From an uncultured bacterium (GTDB lineage: Bacteria > Patescibacteriota > Minisyncoccia > Phycocordibacterales > UBA6065): a DNA stretch of 64,000 bases. Shown here one piece after another: positions 45,002 through 53,700 of this stretch; position 1 is the first letter of the stretch, and each line of letters opens with the position of its first letter. The notes beneath the pieces were generated by a model. It was not told where the DNA came from. It worked only from the letters and a program-made list of their open reading frames with translations, and did no database searches. The stretch lies in NCBI GenBank assembly GCA_966243015.1, contig CBIMES010000001.1, positions 214,837-278,836 on the forward strand, written 5' to 3'. A program made the translations under genes and the position numbers.

Positions 45002-45955
45002 CTAGCGAGAGCTCTCGGTCTGGCCAAGGTATTCGACCGTAGAACCTACCAGTTGAGCCATATCCTGGAATCTCCCGTCGTAGGTCGAGCCGAGGACCGC
45101 GATGATGACCGGGTGGTTGAGGCCGGCGTCGAACGCCACGACCAGGTTGCCTCCCGAGAGGTCGGTGAAGCCCGTTTTGGACGCGATGACGTTGGGAATC
45201 ATGTTAATTGCCTTGTTGGTGTTCACGGCGCTGTGGCTCTCGGTCTGCGAGGACACGTTGATTTGGTCGAATGCGGTCGCTTCGAGAAGGTGGGGCTTGG
45301 TCCTGAGGATGTGGCCGACCAGGAGCGCCATGTCCTTGGCGGATCCGTACCCGCCCGAGAGCGTCGGCGACACGTCGAGGCCCGACTGGTTGAGGAAGTA
45401 GGTCTGGTAGAGGCCGAGCGACTTTGCGGTGTTGTTCATCTCCTTGACGAAGGCGCTCACAGCTGACGAGGTGGCGTCGACGGTGAGGAAGGCGCCGGCG
45501 ACCGACGCGAGGGCGCGCGACCCGTCGTTCGATGAGACTACGAGGCTAAAGTCGAGAAGGTCCTTCATAGCCCACTGCTCGTTCGGCACGAGGCCGCTGT
45601 CCCCTTCCTCGCCGAGGTCGCTTGGACTGATGCGGACGATGTCCTTGTCGGGCAGGAGGTTCGAGACTGTGAGCGCGGTCATGACCTTGGTAAGCGAGGC
45701 GAGCGGAAGCTGAAGGTCCGCATTCTTGTCGTAGATGACCTCGCCGGTCACTGTGTCGTAGACGTAGGCCGACGTCGCGAGGATCGCGGGCGGCGTGAAG
45801 GACGCTTTGGTCGATGTCGCGGCCTCGGTCGTGTCGACGAGTATGACGCCAGGTTCCACGGGCACTTTCTCGGGATATACCCACCACAAGAAAAGACCTA
45901 CGCAGAGGCCGAGGGCTCCGAGTTCTATGAAGGCTATGGTCTTAGGCTTGATCAT
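45002..45955 (-). CDS. dacA: D-alanyl-D-alanine carboxypeptidase (S11 peptidase, PBP5/6-like)
   Basis: SxxK (…LASLTKVMTAL…), SxN-type motif (…VVSSNDGS…) and KTG (…ASKTGFTDLSGGN…) motifs. N-terminal membrane anchor. Confidence 0.8.
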   Translation of the reverse strand: MIKPKTIAFIELGALGLCVGLFLWWVYPEKVPVEPGVILVDTTEAATSTKASFTPPAILATSAYVYDTVTGEVIYDKNADLQLPLASLTKVMTALTVSNLLPDKDIVRISPSDLGEEGDSGLVPNEQWAMKDLLDFSLVVSSNDGSRALASVAGAFLTVDATSSAVSAFVKEMNNTAKSLGLYQTYFLNQSGLDVSPTLSGGYGSAKDMALLVGHILRTKPHLLEATAFDQINVSSQTESHSAVNTNKAINMIPNVIASKTGFTDLSGGNLVVAFDAGLNHPVIIAVLGSTYDGRFQDMAQLVGSTVEYLGQTESSR

Positions 45956-46523
45956 GAGTTACGGGTGTCGCTTCTGGCTCTGTCTTGTCCTCGCCTTCTG
46001 CCGCCGCGAACGCCTCGAGCTCGGCGCGGGTCTTGTCGTAGTCGGGCAAGTCCTGGACCTTTGAGACGCCGAGATGCGCGAGGAGGTCGATGGTCGGGGC
46101 GTAGAGGAAGCCACGCTTGTCGCCCTCCCTTTCGGCGATGCGGCTGACGAGCCCGCGGACAAGGAGGTTTCGGACGATGAAGGACGAGTTAACGCCGCGG
46201 ATGTAGTCGATTTCAGAGCGTTTGACGGGCCCTTTGTAGAGGATGATGGAAAGGGTCTCGAGTCCGGCCTTGCCAAGGTCTCGCATGAGCTCCTCCTTAG
46301 TGAGGGCAGTGATGAGGTCGCTCGCCTCGGGCGCGGTGCGAAGCTCGAGCTCGCCCTCGTGTCGCATGAGGCGCAAGCCGCGGGTCAGTAAATTTGCCTC
46401 GAGGGCCTTGGATACCTCGGCGAGCTGCTCGACGGTGCAGCCGAGAGCGGCCACGATCTTCTTCTCGGCCATTGGCTCGCCTTTCCAGAACAGAAGCGCT
46501 TCGAGTTTTGAGTCCAGGTTCAT
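45942..46523 (-). CDS. scpB: segregation and condensation protein B
   Basis: …LEALLFWKGEPMAEKKIVAALG… and winged-helix repeats typical of ScpB. Sits in an operon with scpA. Confidence 0.85.
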   Translation of the reverse strand: MNLDSKLEALLFWKGEPMAEKKIVAALGCTVEQLAEVSKALEANLLTRGLRLMRHEGELELRTAPEASDLITALTKEELMRDLGKAGLETLSIILYKGPVKRSEIDYIRGVNSSFIVRNLLVRGLVSRIAEREGDKRGFLYAPTIDLLAHLGVSKVQDLPDYDKTRAELEAFAAAEGEDKTEPEATPVTHDQA

Positions 46524-46543
46524 GAGTGGTTTCTAGTATACGG

Positions 46544-47263
46544 TTAGTAGCGCGGAACGCCAAGGTTTTCCGTCTCCATCTGTATGTCGTCAAAGTGTTT
46601 CTCCTGACTGACGCTTATGACGCCCTGCTTCACGAGCTCGAGCATGGCGAGAAAGGAGACGATGACGTGCACGCGCTCGGCTTTGCCGGAGCCCGAGAAC
46701 TCCTTGAATCCCATCTTGAGGCTCGAGGTGATGCGCTCGGTGAGGTTGCCGATCATCTCCTCGAGGGACATGACCTTATCGACGACGACCTTCGGCAGGA
46801 ACTCCTTCTTCGGGAGGTGCGTGAGGACGCGGCCGATGGCGGCAAAGATGTTCGGCACGGTCATGTCGGCGTCGGGCGAGAACGTCGGAGGGAGGATGCG
46901 CTCGCTTCTGCCGAGCATGACCTGACTGCCGAACAGGGGCTTGAGCTTCGCGCCGAGCTCTCGGAATTTCTCATAGAGCTTGAGGCGTCGCTCGAGGTCG
47001 GCAACGCTCGCCTGCTCTTCCGTGGTCAGGGTGAGGGTCGGCAGGAGGGACTTTGACTTGATGAGAAGGAGGGTCGATGCCACGAGGACGAAGTGCGCGC
47101 TGTCCGCCACGGGAAACTCGCTCAGGCTACGGACGTACTCGATGTAGTCATCGGCCACTTGGGCGAGGGACACGTCGCTCACGAAAAGCTTCCTCTTCTC
47201 GATGAGGTCGAGGAGGAGCTCGAGGGGGCCTTCGAAATGGGTCTGCTTTACGGTAAAAGCCAT
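46544..47263 (-). CDS. scpA: segregation and condensation protein A
   Basis: MAFTVKQTHFEGPLELLLDLIEKRKLFVSDVSLAQVADDYIEYV… aligns with the ScpA N-terminus. The internal Met is chosen. An extended -10 (TGcTAAAAT) and a GGAAGGA Shine-Dalgarno lie upstream on the minus strand. Confidence 0.85.
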   Translation of the reverse strand: MAFTVKQTHFEGPLELLLDLIEKRKLFVSDVSLAQVADDYIEYVRSLSEFPVADSAHFVLVASTLLLIKSKSLLPTLTLTTEEQASVADLERRLKLYEKFRELGAKLKPLFGSQVMLGRSERILPPTFSPDADMTVPNIFAAIGRVLTHLPKKEFLPKVVVDKVMSLEEMIGNLTERITSSLKMGFKEFSGSGKAERVHVIVSFLAMLELVKQGVISVSQEKHFDDIQMETENLGVPRY

Positions 47264-47336
47264 GGCGGGTCGCTGTCCTTCCATTTTAGCACATCTGTGG
47301 TATTGTTCGGTGAGAGAAGTCTTTTGAGGTGAGATC

Positions 47337-47407
47337 GGTCGCGTTTGCCATCGGAAAGACCGGCGCCTTACCCGCGTTGGCCGGGGGTTCAATTCCCCTC
47401 GCGATCA
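47337..47407 (+). other. tRNA-like element: canonical T-arm (GGGGG-TTCAATT-CCCCT), 7-bp acceptor stem (GGTCGCG/CGCGATC), U8, A14 and GG in a D-loop-like segment, but no canonical D or anticodon stem
   Basis: Read by eye. The GGTTCAATTCC T-loop consensus is unique in the window. The central 37 nt cannot be folded into standard D and anticodon arms (position 37 would be C), so this may be a degenerate tRNA, a pseudogene or a tRNA-like structure. Confidence 0.25.
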
Positions 47408-47655
47408 TCACCAGCATACACGTGCCGGCGCCCGGGCCCTGCCCAGGTGTTAACCTCAGATAGAAAGTAGTAAGTCCATGTCCTTTGTAGTCATCATACA
47501 TAGTGACGGAACCGTGGAGCGAGTCGAGAGCCTCAAGGCGCTCGTCGCCGTCGCCGCGGACATCCGCACGTCACGCTAACGCGTGAAAAACACACCTCAA
47601 AGGACTTCTTGTCGAGCGCCCCTCCCCTCCGGGATCGGGCGCTTTTTCTTTGCGC

Positions 47656-48462
47656 CTACTGGCCGGGAACGGCTGCGTACACGCGAGCATTCGAGAGGTT
47701 GCCGTAGAGGGAATAGGTCCCACCGTACCCCATGCCGCCGAGCCCCATCTCGCCGGGCATTGTGGCGAGGGGCGCCGCGATGCTTCCGCTGCCGACCTGG
47801 GTTCCGTTTGCGTAAAGGGTTACCGATCCCCCGTTGCGAACTGCGGCGATATGAGTCCATTTGTTCAAAGGAGCCACGCCCGCCTGCGAAATCACCGAGG
47901 GCCAGGCGCTGCCCGTGAATACGCCAAACGACACCCCTCCGTTCGAGGTGAGTCCGAGGTTGTAGTTCATGTCAGAGTATCTTCCCCCACGAACCACGGC
48001 TGTACCCGCACCGCCGTATGCGGTAGGACGCACCCACGCGGACACCGTCACGTCACCTGTTATGCCGAGTTGTGGATTGGCGGTGCCAACGGGAGCGATT
48101 GCAAGACTCGTGTCGCCGCCAGAAAGAAGAAGGGAGCATCTGTTGTCGTAGGGGCCCTGGTTAGAGGACCATGATGCGGCGGCCTGAAGAGTTGCTGTGA
48201 CGCTCCTTCCCGATTTATCTGCCGCGGCCACGCCAGAGCATTCGTCAAAATCCCACCACCCCACAGCCCTGTCCCCGAGGGTTCTGTCGAGCATGGATGC
48301 GAACTGCTTGCCCGCGGCGAGACGGGCCCTGTCACGGGCCGCGTTCACGCTCGCCAAGACCACGCTCGAGAGGAGGCCGATGATCGATATGACCACGAGG
48401 AGCTCGATGAGAGTGAAGCCGTGTGAATCTCTTATGTTATCCAGTTTGATTAGAGTGGACAT
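47656..48462 (-). CDS. type IV pilin-like protein with a LamG/ConA-like domain
   Basis: N-terminus …DSHGFTLIELLVVISIIGLLSSVVLASVN. The C-terminal region (…VTVSAWVRPTAYGG…KWTHIAAVRNGGSVTLYANGTQVGSG…) is LamG-like. Confidence 0.8.
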   Translation of the reverse strand: MSTLIKLDNIRDSHGFTLIELLVVISIIGLLSSVVLASVNAARDRARLAAGKQFASMLDRTLGDRAVGWWDFDECSGVAAADKSGRSVTATLQAAASWSSNQGPYDNRCSLLLSGGDTSLAIAPVGTANPQLGITGDVTVSAWVRPTAYGGAGTAVVRGGRYSDMNYNLGLTSNGGVSFGVFTGSAWPSVISQAGVAPLNKWTHIAAVRNGGSVTLYANGTQVGSGSIAAPLATMPGEMGLGGMGYGGTYSLYGNLSNARVYAAVPGQ

Positions 48463-48472
48463 GCTTTGGGTT

Positions 48473-49237
48473 TTATTCGAGAGTTGGGTAATACACTCTC
48501 AACGAGTCAATTTGACCGACCCAGTACTCGCTTGGCAACGTCTGCCACGAGCGGGCAAAAGCCGTTTGGACGCCACCCATGTCGATAATGCTGGCGCTCG
48601 GCAGCGAGACCTCCTTGTCGAGCTTACCGTCGATGTAGAACTTGTAGCCGACGCCTCCCTCGAGCAGAAACGCGATGTGAGTCCACTTGTCGAGGGGAAT
48701 GGTCGCGTTCGACTGCGGCCAGTGGTTGCCGCCTGCGTTTATCATGAGCTGAAGCCTGCGCGATGGGTTGACCCCGAAGTAGAGAAAGCCCGGAAAGCCG
48801 TTCGCGATCATGCTATAGCCGCCGCTCACATACTGGGTCGGCTTGACCCATGTCATGAGCAGGATTTTACCGTTTGCCCCGCCGACCAGATCAATGCTCG
48901 ACCTCAGGTCTGGAACTGATACATAGCTATTCCCGTCGAAAGAGAGGGCTCCGCCGCTCGGGCCTGCCGTCCACTGGGGCGTTCCCGAGAAGGATCCGTG
49001 TCTTCCAGCGCCGGAAATATCCTGGGGAGCGCTACCGGATCCGTCGTTGAGCTCCCATATTCCGAGGGCGTTGTTGGCGTAGGCGCTGTGCATGCTTGCC
49101 GCAAAACGAATTCCCGAGGATATGCGCGCCTTCTCCCGAGCAGCGTTCACGCTCGACAGCACGACGCTCGAGAGGAGGCCGATGATCGATATGACCACGA
49201 GGAGCTCGATGAGGGTGAATCCGCGCGACGCTTTCAT
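48473..49237 (-). CDS. type IV pilin-like protein with a LamG/ConA-like domain (tandem with the gene at 47656..48462)
   Basis: N-terminus MKASRGFTLIELLVVISIIGLLSSVVLSSVN. The C-terminal region (…KILLMTWVKPTQYVSGG…KWTHIAFLLEGGVGYKFYIDGKLD…) is LamG-like. An extended -10 (TGGTATAAT) sits 8 nt upstream of the ATG. Confidence 0.8.
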   Translation of the reverse strand: MKASRGFTLIELLVVISIIGLLSSVVLSSVNAAREKARISSGIRFAASMHSAYANNALGIWELNDGSGSAPQDISGAGRHGSFSGTPQWTAGPSGGALSFDGNSYVSVPDLRSSIDLVGGANGKILLMTWVKPTQYVSGGYSMIANGFPGFLYFGVNPSRRLQLMINAGGNHWPQSNATIPLDKWTHIAFLLEGGVGYKFYIDGKLDKEVSLPSASIIDMGGVQTAFARSWQTLPSEYWVGQIDSLRVYYPTLE

Positions 49238-49301
49238 GTCCTCTGATTATACCAGAACATCTGGAGCGCATGGTGTATACTTTTCCCTGAAAACCCTTCC
49301 C

Positions 49302-49439
49302 ATGAAAAAACAGGCCATCTCCGTCCTTCTCGGGCTGTCCGGATTCGCGCTCTTTCTCCTCTGGGCCAGGCACAATATCGAGGCCGATCGTGCCGCCAAG
49401 GCGGCACGCGAGTCCCCGGTGACCGTCGTCGCCAAGTGA
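49302..49439 (+). CDS. putative small membrane protein (45 aa, MKKQAISVLLGLSGFALFLLWARH…)
   Basis: In-frame part of ORF-track ORF 49092..49439, which is otherwise antisense to the pilin gene. Has a single TM helix and is followed by a bidirectional terminator at ~49446-49478. Confidence 0.35.
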   Translation: MKKQAISVLLGLSGFALFLLWARHNIEADRAAKAARESPVTVVAK

Positions 49440-49491
49440 AAGACAAAGACCGCCATGGGGCGGTCTTTTGCTGTCTGGCCGGATTATCTCT

Positions 49492-50787
49492 TTACGGATT
49501 AAGCCTCTTCACGTCCCTCGGGAGGTAGGTTGCCTCGCGGACGTTCGGGAGGTCGAGCATCTTCATGATGAGACGTCCCGGTCCGATGCCCGCTCCGCCG
49601 TGCGGAGGGCAGCCGTACCTGAAGAAGTTGATGTAGTCCTTGAGCGACTCGAGCGACATGCCCTTGTCGAGGGCCTGCTTCTCGAGGATCTCGACGCGAT
49701 GCTCTCGCTGGGCGAGGGTCGTGACCTCGATGCCTCGGTAGATGAGGTCTGCTCGCTTCGAGCGGTCGTTGTCGTTCTCGTGGCGCATGTGGTAGAAGGC
49801 GCTCTTCGACTTGTGGTAGTCGGTGATGAATACGAAATCGTGATTGTGCTTCTCCTTCACGTACTCCGAGATGGCTCGCTCCTCCTCGGGCGAGAGGTCA
49901 TGATCCTCTCCCGATGCAATTCCCCTCTCGGCGAGGATCTTCTTTGCCTCGACAATCGGGATGCGTGGGAACGGCTGTGCCGGAACCTCGATGTTGAGGG
50001 TCGGGAACGCCTCCTTTACGGCCGCGAAGCCTGCGACGATCATGCCCTCCTCGGCATCCATGATGTCGTGGTGAGACTCGATGTAGCTGATTTCGAAGTC
50101 CCAGCCGGTGAACTCGGTGAGGTGTCGGGTGGTGTATGACTCCTCGGCTCGGAAGACGGGGCCGACCATGAAGGCCTTCTCGAAGCCCGACGCCATGGCC
50201 ATCTGCTTGTAGAACTGTGGCGACTGCGCGAGGTACGCCTTGCGGTCGAAGTAGTCTACGGCGAACACCTCGGCGCCCGTCTCTGACGGTGTCGACATGA
50301 ACGACGGCGAGTAGATCTGCATGTAGCCGTTCTTGTACCAGTAGTCGCGGAAGCCCTTCTCGAGCGCGGTCCAGACCTTGAAGATCTGCGCCTTCTCGGG
50401 CTTGCGGAGGTCGATCCAGCGGAAGTCGAAGCGGGTCGGCGCCTCGGTCTCCTCGCCGCCCTTGAGGGTGACGACAGGGATGGCGAGCTCGGGAGCCGCC
50501 TTCGAGAGAACCTCGATGCCCGTGATGTCCATCTCGGCTCCGCCCGGCGCCTGCGCAGCCGCCTTGACGGTTCCGGTTACCTCGACGACTGACTCGGTCG
50601 AGAGACCCTTCACGGTCTCGAAGGTCGGGCTGTCCTTCATGACGACGATTTGCACGAGGCCCTCGATGTCGCGGAGGACGAGGAAGGCGATTTTTGACTG
50701 AACGCGGAGCGCGTGCACGAAGCCGCGAACCATGACGGTCTCGCCGACGTGATCCTTGACCTTGCTGGTGTGTACGAATGCTTTCAT
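49492..50787 (-). CDS. aspS: aspartate--tRNA ligase, archaeal/eukaryotic type (class IIb; possibly non-discriminating Asp/Asn-RS)
   Basis: N-terminal OB fold, class II motifs (…FRAEESYTTRHLTEF…, …GGAGIGPGRLIM…). The internal Met (MKAF…) is taken as the start because the upstream 36 codons of the ORF-track ORF are the T-box terminator region. Confidence 0.85.
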   Translation of the reverse strand: MKAFVHTSKVKDHVGETVMVRGFVHALRVQSKIAFLVLRDIEGLVQIVVMKDSPTFETVKGLSTESVVEVTGTVKAAAQAPGGAEMDITGIEVLSKAAPELAIPVVTLKGGEETEAPTRFDFRWIDLRKPEKAQIFKVWTALEKGFRDYWYKNGYMQIYSPSFMSTPSETGAEVFAVDYFDRKAYLAQSPQFYKQMAMASGFEKAFMVGPVFRAEESYTTRHLTEFTGWDFEISYIESHHDIMDAEEGMIVAGFAAVKEAFPTLNIEVPAQPFPRIPIVEAKKILAERGIASGEDHDLSPEEERAISEYVKEKHNHDFVFITDYHKSKSAFYHMRHENDNDRSKRADLIYRGIEVTTLAQREHRVEILEKQALDKGMSLESLKDYINFFRYGCPPHGGAGIGPGRLIMKMLDLPNVREATYLPRDVKRLNP

Positions 50788-50789
50788 TG

Positions 50790-51180
50790 TGTTTGTAAAA
50801 ACGTTAATAAGGTTAATCGATGCGGGGTTGCCTGTATAAAACAAAAGCGCCCCTTCGAATACATCGCGTGGATACATTCGCAGGGGCGATTTCATCGCGG
50901 TGCCACCCTGTGTTCAGGCTGGCCTCAGGTTGCCCTGGGGCCAGCCTCTTTTGGTTTAGTCGTAATCGGACGACATCCGGGGGATTCTACTTGCCTCGGG
51001 CTGATTTGAGGCCCACGGAGGCTTTCCTTCCCCTACCTCGCCGGTGTCAGCCGGGTCAGTGGTATGCGAGTACTTTAGCTGATTTTCAGGGTTTGGGCAA
51101 ACTTTCTATCCTGACCAGCATAAGGGTTCTGATAGCTTGGCCTTCGGGCTCCAAGGCCCCGTTTTCGCGGGGTTTCGCTT
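50790..51180 (-). promoter_or_regulatory. T-box riboswitch leader regulating aspS
   Basis: The minus strand carries the T-box consensus AGGGUGGCACCGCG (~50896-50909). It is immediately followed by an 18-bp terminator helix (CGCCCCUGCGAAUGUAUC/GAUGUAUUCGAAGGGGCG) plus CUUUUGUUUU, about 50 nt before the aspS ATG. A ~270-nt structured region with a UUCG-capped helix lies upstream. Confidence 0.7.
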
Positions 51181-51185
51181 TTTCC

Positions 51186-51854
51186 CTAGCGTATGTATGC
51201 CATTGATGCGGCGACACCATCGATGTTTCGGTAGACCTTATCGGAAGGCTGATTCTTCATTTCCCAGGTCTCAGATACTATAAATCCCGGAAACTTTTTT
51301 GATTTAGTTTGTGCAAGAGCGGCAATCGTCCTGGCGCACGACTCCTCGGCGTAGGCGGGCTTGGTCACGCTCGCCATAATCCTGCGAATGAGGCCATATC
51401 CCGACGTGTCTACTGAGCATATTTCAATTATGGCGTACGGGACCCCATGTGCGCTTATTTTTTCCTCGCAGTTTATAACTGTAATGTCGTAATCTCCTTT
51501 ATTGAGAAATACTTCGGTTGAACACATTCCTTCGATTCTTTGTCCCGTGTACGATATTGGTCCAGAGGGACCCTCGTAGCTTTTTCCCTCGGTCTCTTTG
51601 TTTGTCGCCTCTAGGCGTGGTGAGTTAAGACCGGTTAACGCCCAATGCTCGTAGGGCATCTTTTCGTTGTCTGAAGGACGAACACTTTCAATGACAGCCT
51701 CTGGGCTGGGCACAGCAAAGGCTAGGCCGAGGATTTCTGAGCGGAAAAGGCCATCCGTGTCGAGGTTGTTTTTGACGGACCAATCTTTTGATAGGAAAAG
51801 ATATCCTGAAAAGAAGAGTGCGCCGAGAGTTGTAATTAAGATTATTTTTTTCAT
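51186..51854 (-). CDS. hypothetical membrane-anchored protein (222 aa), AT-richer than surroundings
   Basis: Internal Met MKKIILITTLGALFFSGYLF (N-terminal TM helix). No domain recognised. Confidence 0.5.
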   Translation of the reverse strand: MKKIILITTLGALFFSGYLFLSKDWSVKNNLDTDGLFRSEILGLAFAVPSPEAVIESVRPSDNEKMPYEHWALTGLNSPRLEATNKETEGKSYEGPSGPISYTGQRIEGMCSTEVFLNKGDYDITVINCEEKISAHGVPYAIIEICSVDTSGYGLIRRIMASVTKPAYAEESCARTIAALAQTKSKKFPGFIVSETWEMKNQPSDKVYRNIDGVAASMAYIR

Positions 51855-51924
51855 TATGCTTAGTTTATCACGATGGTTTTTATAGAAAGCCGCCCAATAA
51901 AAATCGGGCGGCAGAAACACCATT

Positions 51925-53064
51925 TTAAGGTGTGTTTGTTGAGGGAAAGCAAGAGTCAGCCGTCCTATTTCCCCATGAATCAACGTCAGTTTGATACTGT
52001 TTGAGGTGTATTCCTTCCATCTTCACATACGTTAGGGGACCGTTTGACGATGAACCGCCTCCGTCATACCTTACTCCAAAATGAAGGTGGACGCCTTGCG
52101 CGTCACCCGTGTCACCCATATAGCCGATAAGATCACCTTGGGCAATTGAGCTCCCTTGGGTCAGACCGGATGAATATTTAAGGTGTAGGTATCGAGTGGT
52201 GTATCCAGTTGTTTCGCTGTTGACTCCGCTATGGTTAATCACGACATAATTACCGTTTGCCGAACTCGTATCAACCTTCGCGACGATTCCGCTCGCCACG
52301 GCCCGTATTGGTATATCCCCAGAATAGGAGGGGTTACTTGAGGGGCCGAAGTCAATTGCGAAATAATTCGACCCGATATGTGATCCAAGTTGTTGTCCCG
52401 GATATTTTGCATCCCAACCTCCAATTTCAGTGGTCACCACCCAGCTTCTCCTTCCCGGCAGTGGAAGCTTGAGGCTCGGCGGCGTGACGGTCTCAGTATA
52501 TTGCAGATACAAATATGGCCGATACGCTTTGGAGGTTACGTCTGAGCTGTGGAGGCCATGGACTTGGTTAACCGTTCCCGTTGGAACAAAGAACAGTCCG
52601 CCGTTCGTGATGCTCCCTGATTTCCACTGGCCGTAGAGTGAGGTCATCCCGATTCCATTGAACGCGCCGGTCGTAGGCGCACCAATGTTTCCGAGGTTGT
52701 ATCCGCTCCATGCCGTGTTGTTCCAGGTCGACGTTTCGTCCCAGTTGTTCACCAGTGCGTAGAGTGTCGAGCCCGTCGGCGTGTATCCCGATCCAGCCGA
52801 ATACGCCCAAACATACAATCCGACGAATGAGGGACTCGCTGGCAGCCCCTCCAGGTCGAGCTTTAGGGCCGAGCAGTAGAGATTCGAGTCCTCGCCTATT
52901 CTGAGCTCCGATGCGTTGCTGGCGGTATTCGGAGTGTCTGGTGACACCGTGACGTCAGTTCCCCGGTAAGGGGAGGGTTGATAGGTTAGCGTTGCCGCCG
53001 TGACTACAGAGGAAAAGACGGCTGCCGCGAGGCAGGCCATTCTTGATGCGATTCCGACTTTCAT
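51925..53064 (-). CDS. secreted M23 family metallopeptidase with an N-terminal carbohydrate-binding-like (DNRLRE/CBM96-like) domain
   Basis: Signal peptide. The N-terminal region (LYCSALKLDLEGLP…WDETSTWNN) is recognised at the pattern level only. The C-terminal M23 signature is …NYFAIDFG…GNYVVINHSG…GYMGDTGDAQGVHLHFGV. An AAGGAT Shine-Dalgarno lies upstream. Confidence 0.75.
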   Translation of the reverse strand: MKVGIASRMACLAAAVFSSVVTAATLTYQPSPYRGTDVTVSPDTPNTASNASELRIGEDSNLYCSALKLDLEGLPASPSFVGLYVWAYSAGSGYTPTGSTLYALVNNWDETSTWNNTAWSGYNLGNIGAPTTGAFNGIGMTSLYGQWKSGSITNGGLFFVPTGTVNQVHGLHSSDVTSKAYRPYLYLQYTETVTPPSLKLPLPGRRSWVVTTEIGGWDAKYPGQQLGSHIGSNYFAIDFGPSSNPSYSGDIPIRAVASGIVAKVDTSSANGNYVVINHSGVNSETTGYTTRYLHLKYSSGLTQGSSIAQGDLIGYMGDTGDAQGVHLHFGVRYDGGGSSSNGPLTYVKMEGIHLKQYQTDVDSWGNRTADSCFPSTNTP

Positions 53065-53276
53065 TAGGTATCCTTTTGTTTGAAGATCGGGCTCACGTCA
53101 TGTAAGCCTCTGTAGAAAAGATAACAAATGGTGGGTAAAGTTTTGGTAAAGATTTGCTTTACAAAAATTTCCTTGATTTCCCTAAACCGCGCCGCGAATT
53201 CCTCGGTTTAACTCGATACATCTTTTCGTGCGTTGCCATAAAAAAGCCGCGCGTGGCGGCTTGCTTGTTCTCCGTC

Positions 53277-53600
53277 TCAACACTGTTTGAGGATGGAGAG
53301 CTGGAAGGTGGCATGCGGGAAATGCCTCGCGACCACGGCCCTGAAAGATTCCTCGAGCGAGCCTCTTGCGGGTCGACCGAGGCATCCGTCGGGTATCCCC
53401 GAGACTCGTATACAGAAATGTGCCTGTTTTGGCAGGGGGTTCGCCCTATGGATGACAGTTTGCACGGGTTGGCCGGCAAGGTTCTGCTTGACGCCGTGAT
53501 TCTTGATGAATTCGAGGGCGAGGTCTGTGACGAGGCCGTCGGTGCGCGCCGGTGCAAGGTCGGTCGTGGTGCGGGAATAGAATATCTCGAGGAGTGGCAT
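53277..53600 (-). CDS. hypothetical protein (107 aa, MPLLEIFYSR…)
   Basis: ORF-track ORF between the trpS terminator (~53660-53695) and its own terminator (aaaaaagccgcgcgtggcggctt, ~53240-53268). Confidence 0.4.
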   Translation of the reverse strand: MPLLEIFYSRTTTDLAPARTDGLVTDLALEFIKNHGVKQNLAGQPVQTVIHRANPLPKQAHFCIRVSGIPDGCLGRPARGSLEESFRAVVARHFPHATFQLSILKQC

Positions 53601-53700
53601 GGTTGTGGTGTGGGTTCAAGGTTCGTTTCTTGCTCCACGGTACTCTGTTGCCGGCATAAGTCAAACAAGGCCCCAGATTTCTCTGGGCCTTTGAGCGTAT

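Noticed and set aside
47337-47655. tmRNA (one-piece or permuted) interpretation of the tRNA-like element
   Set aside because: The acceptor stem lacks the G1-G2-G3·U70 alanine identity elements. No CCA follows the discriminator. No tag-peptide reading frame ending in ALAA-stop was found. The upstream space is occupied by scpA.
50788-50895. 36-codon N-terminal extension of the aspS ORF (MKSPLRMYPRDVFEGALLFYTGNPASINLINVFTNT)
   Set aside because: This sequence is the T-box terminator/antiterminator region (18-bp helix plus U-tract). The true start is the downstream MKAF.
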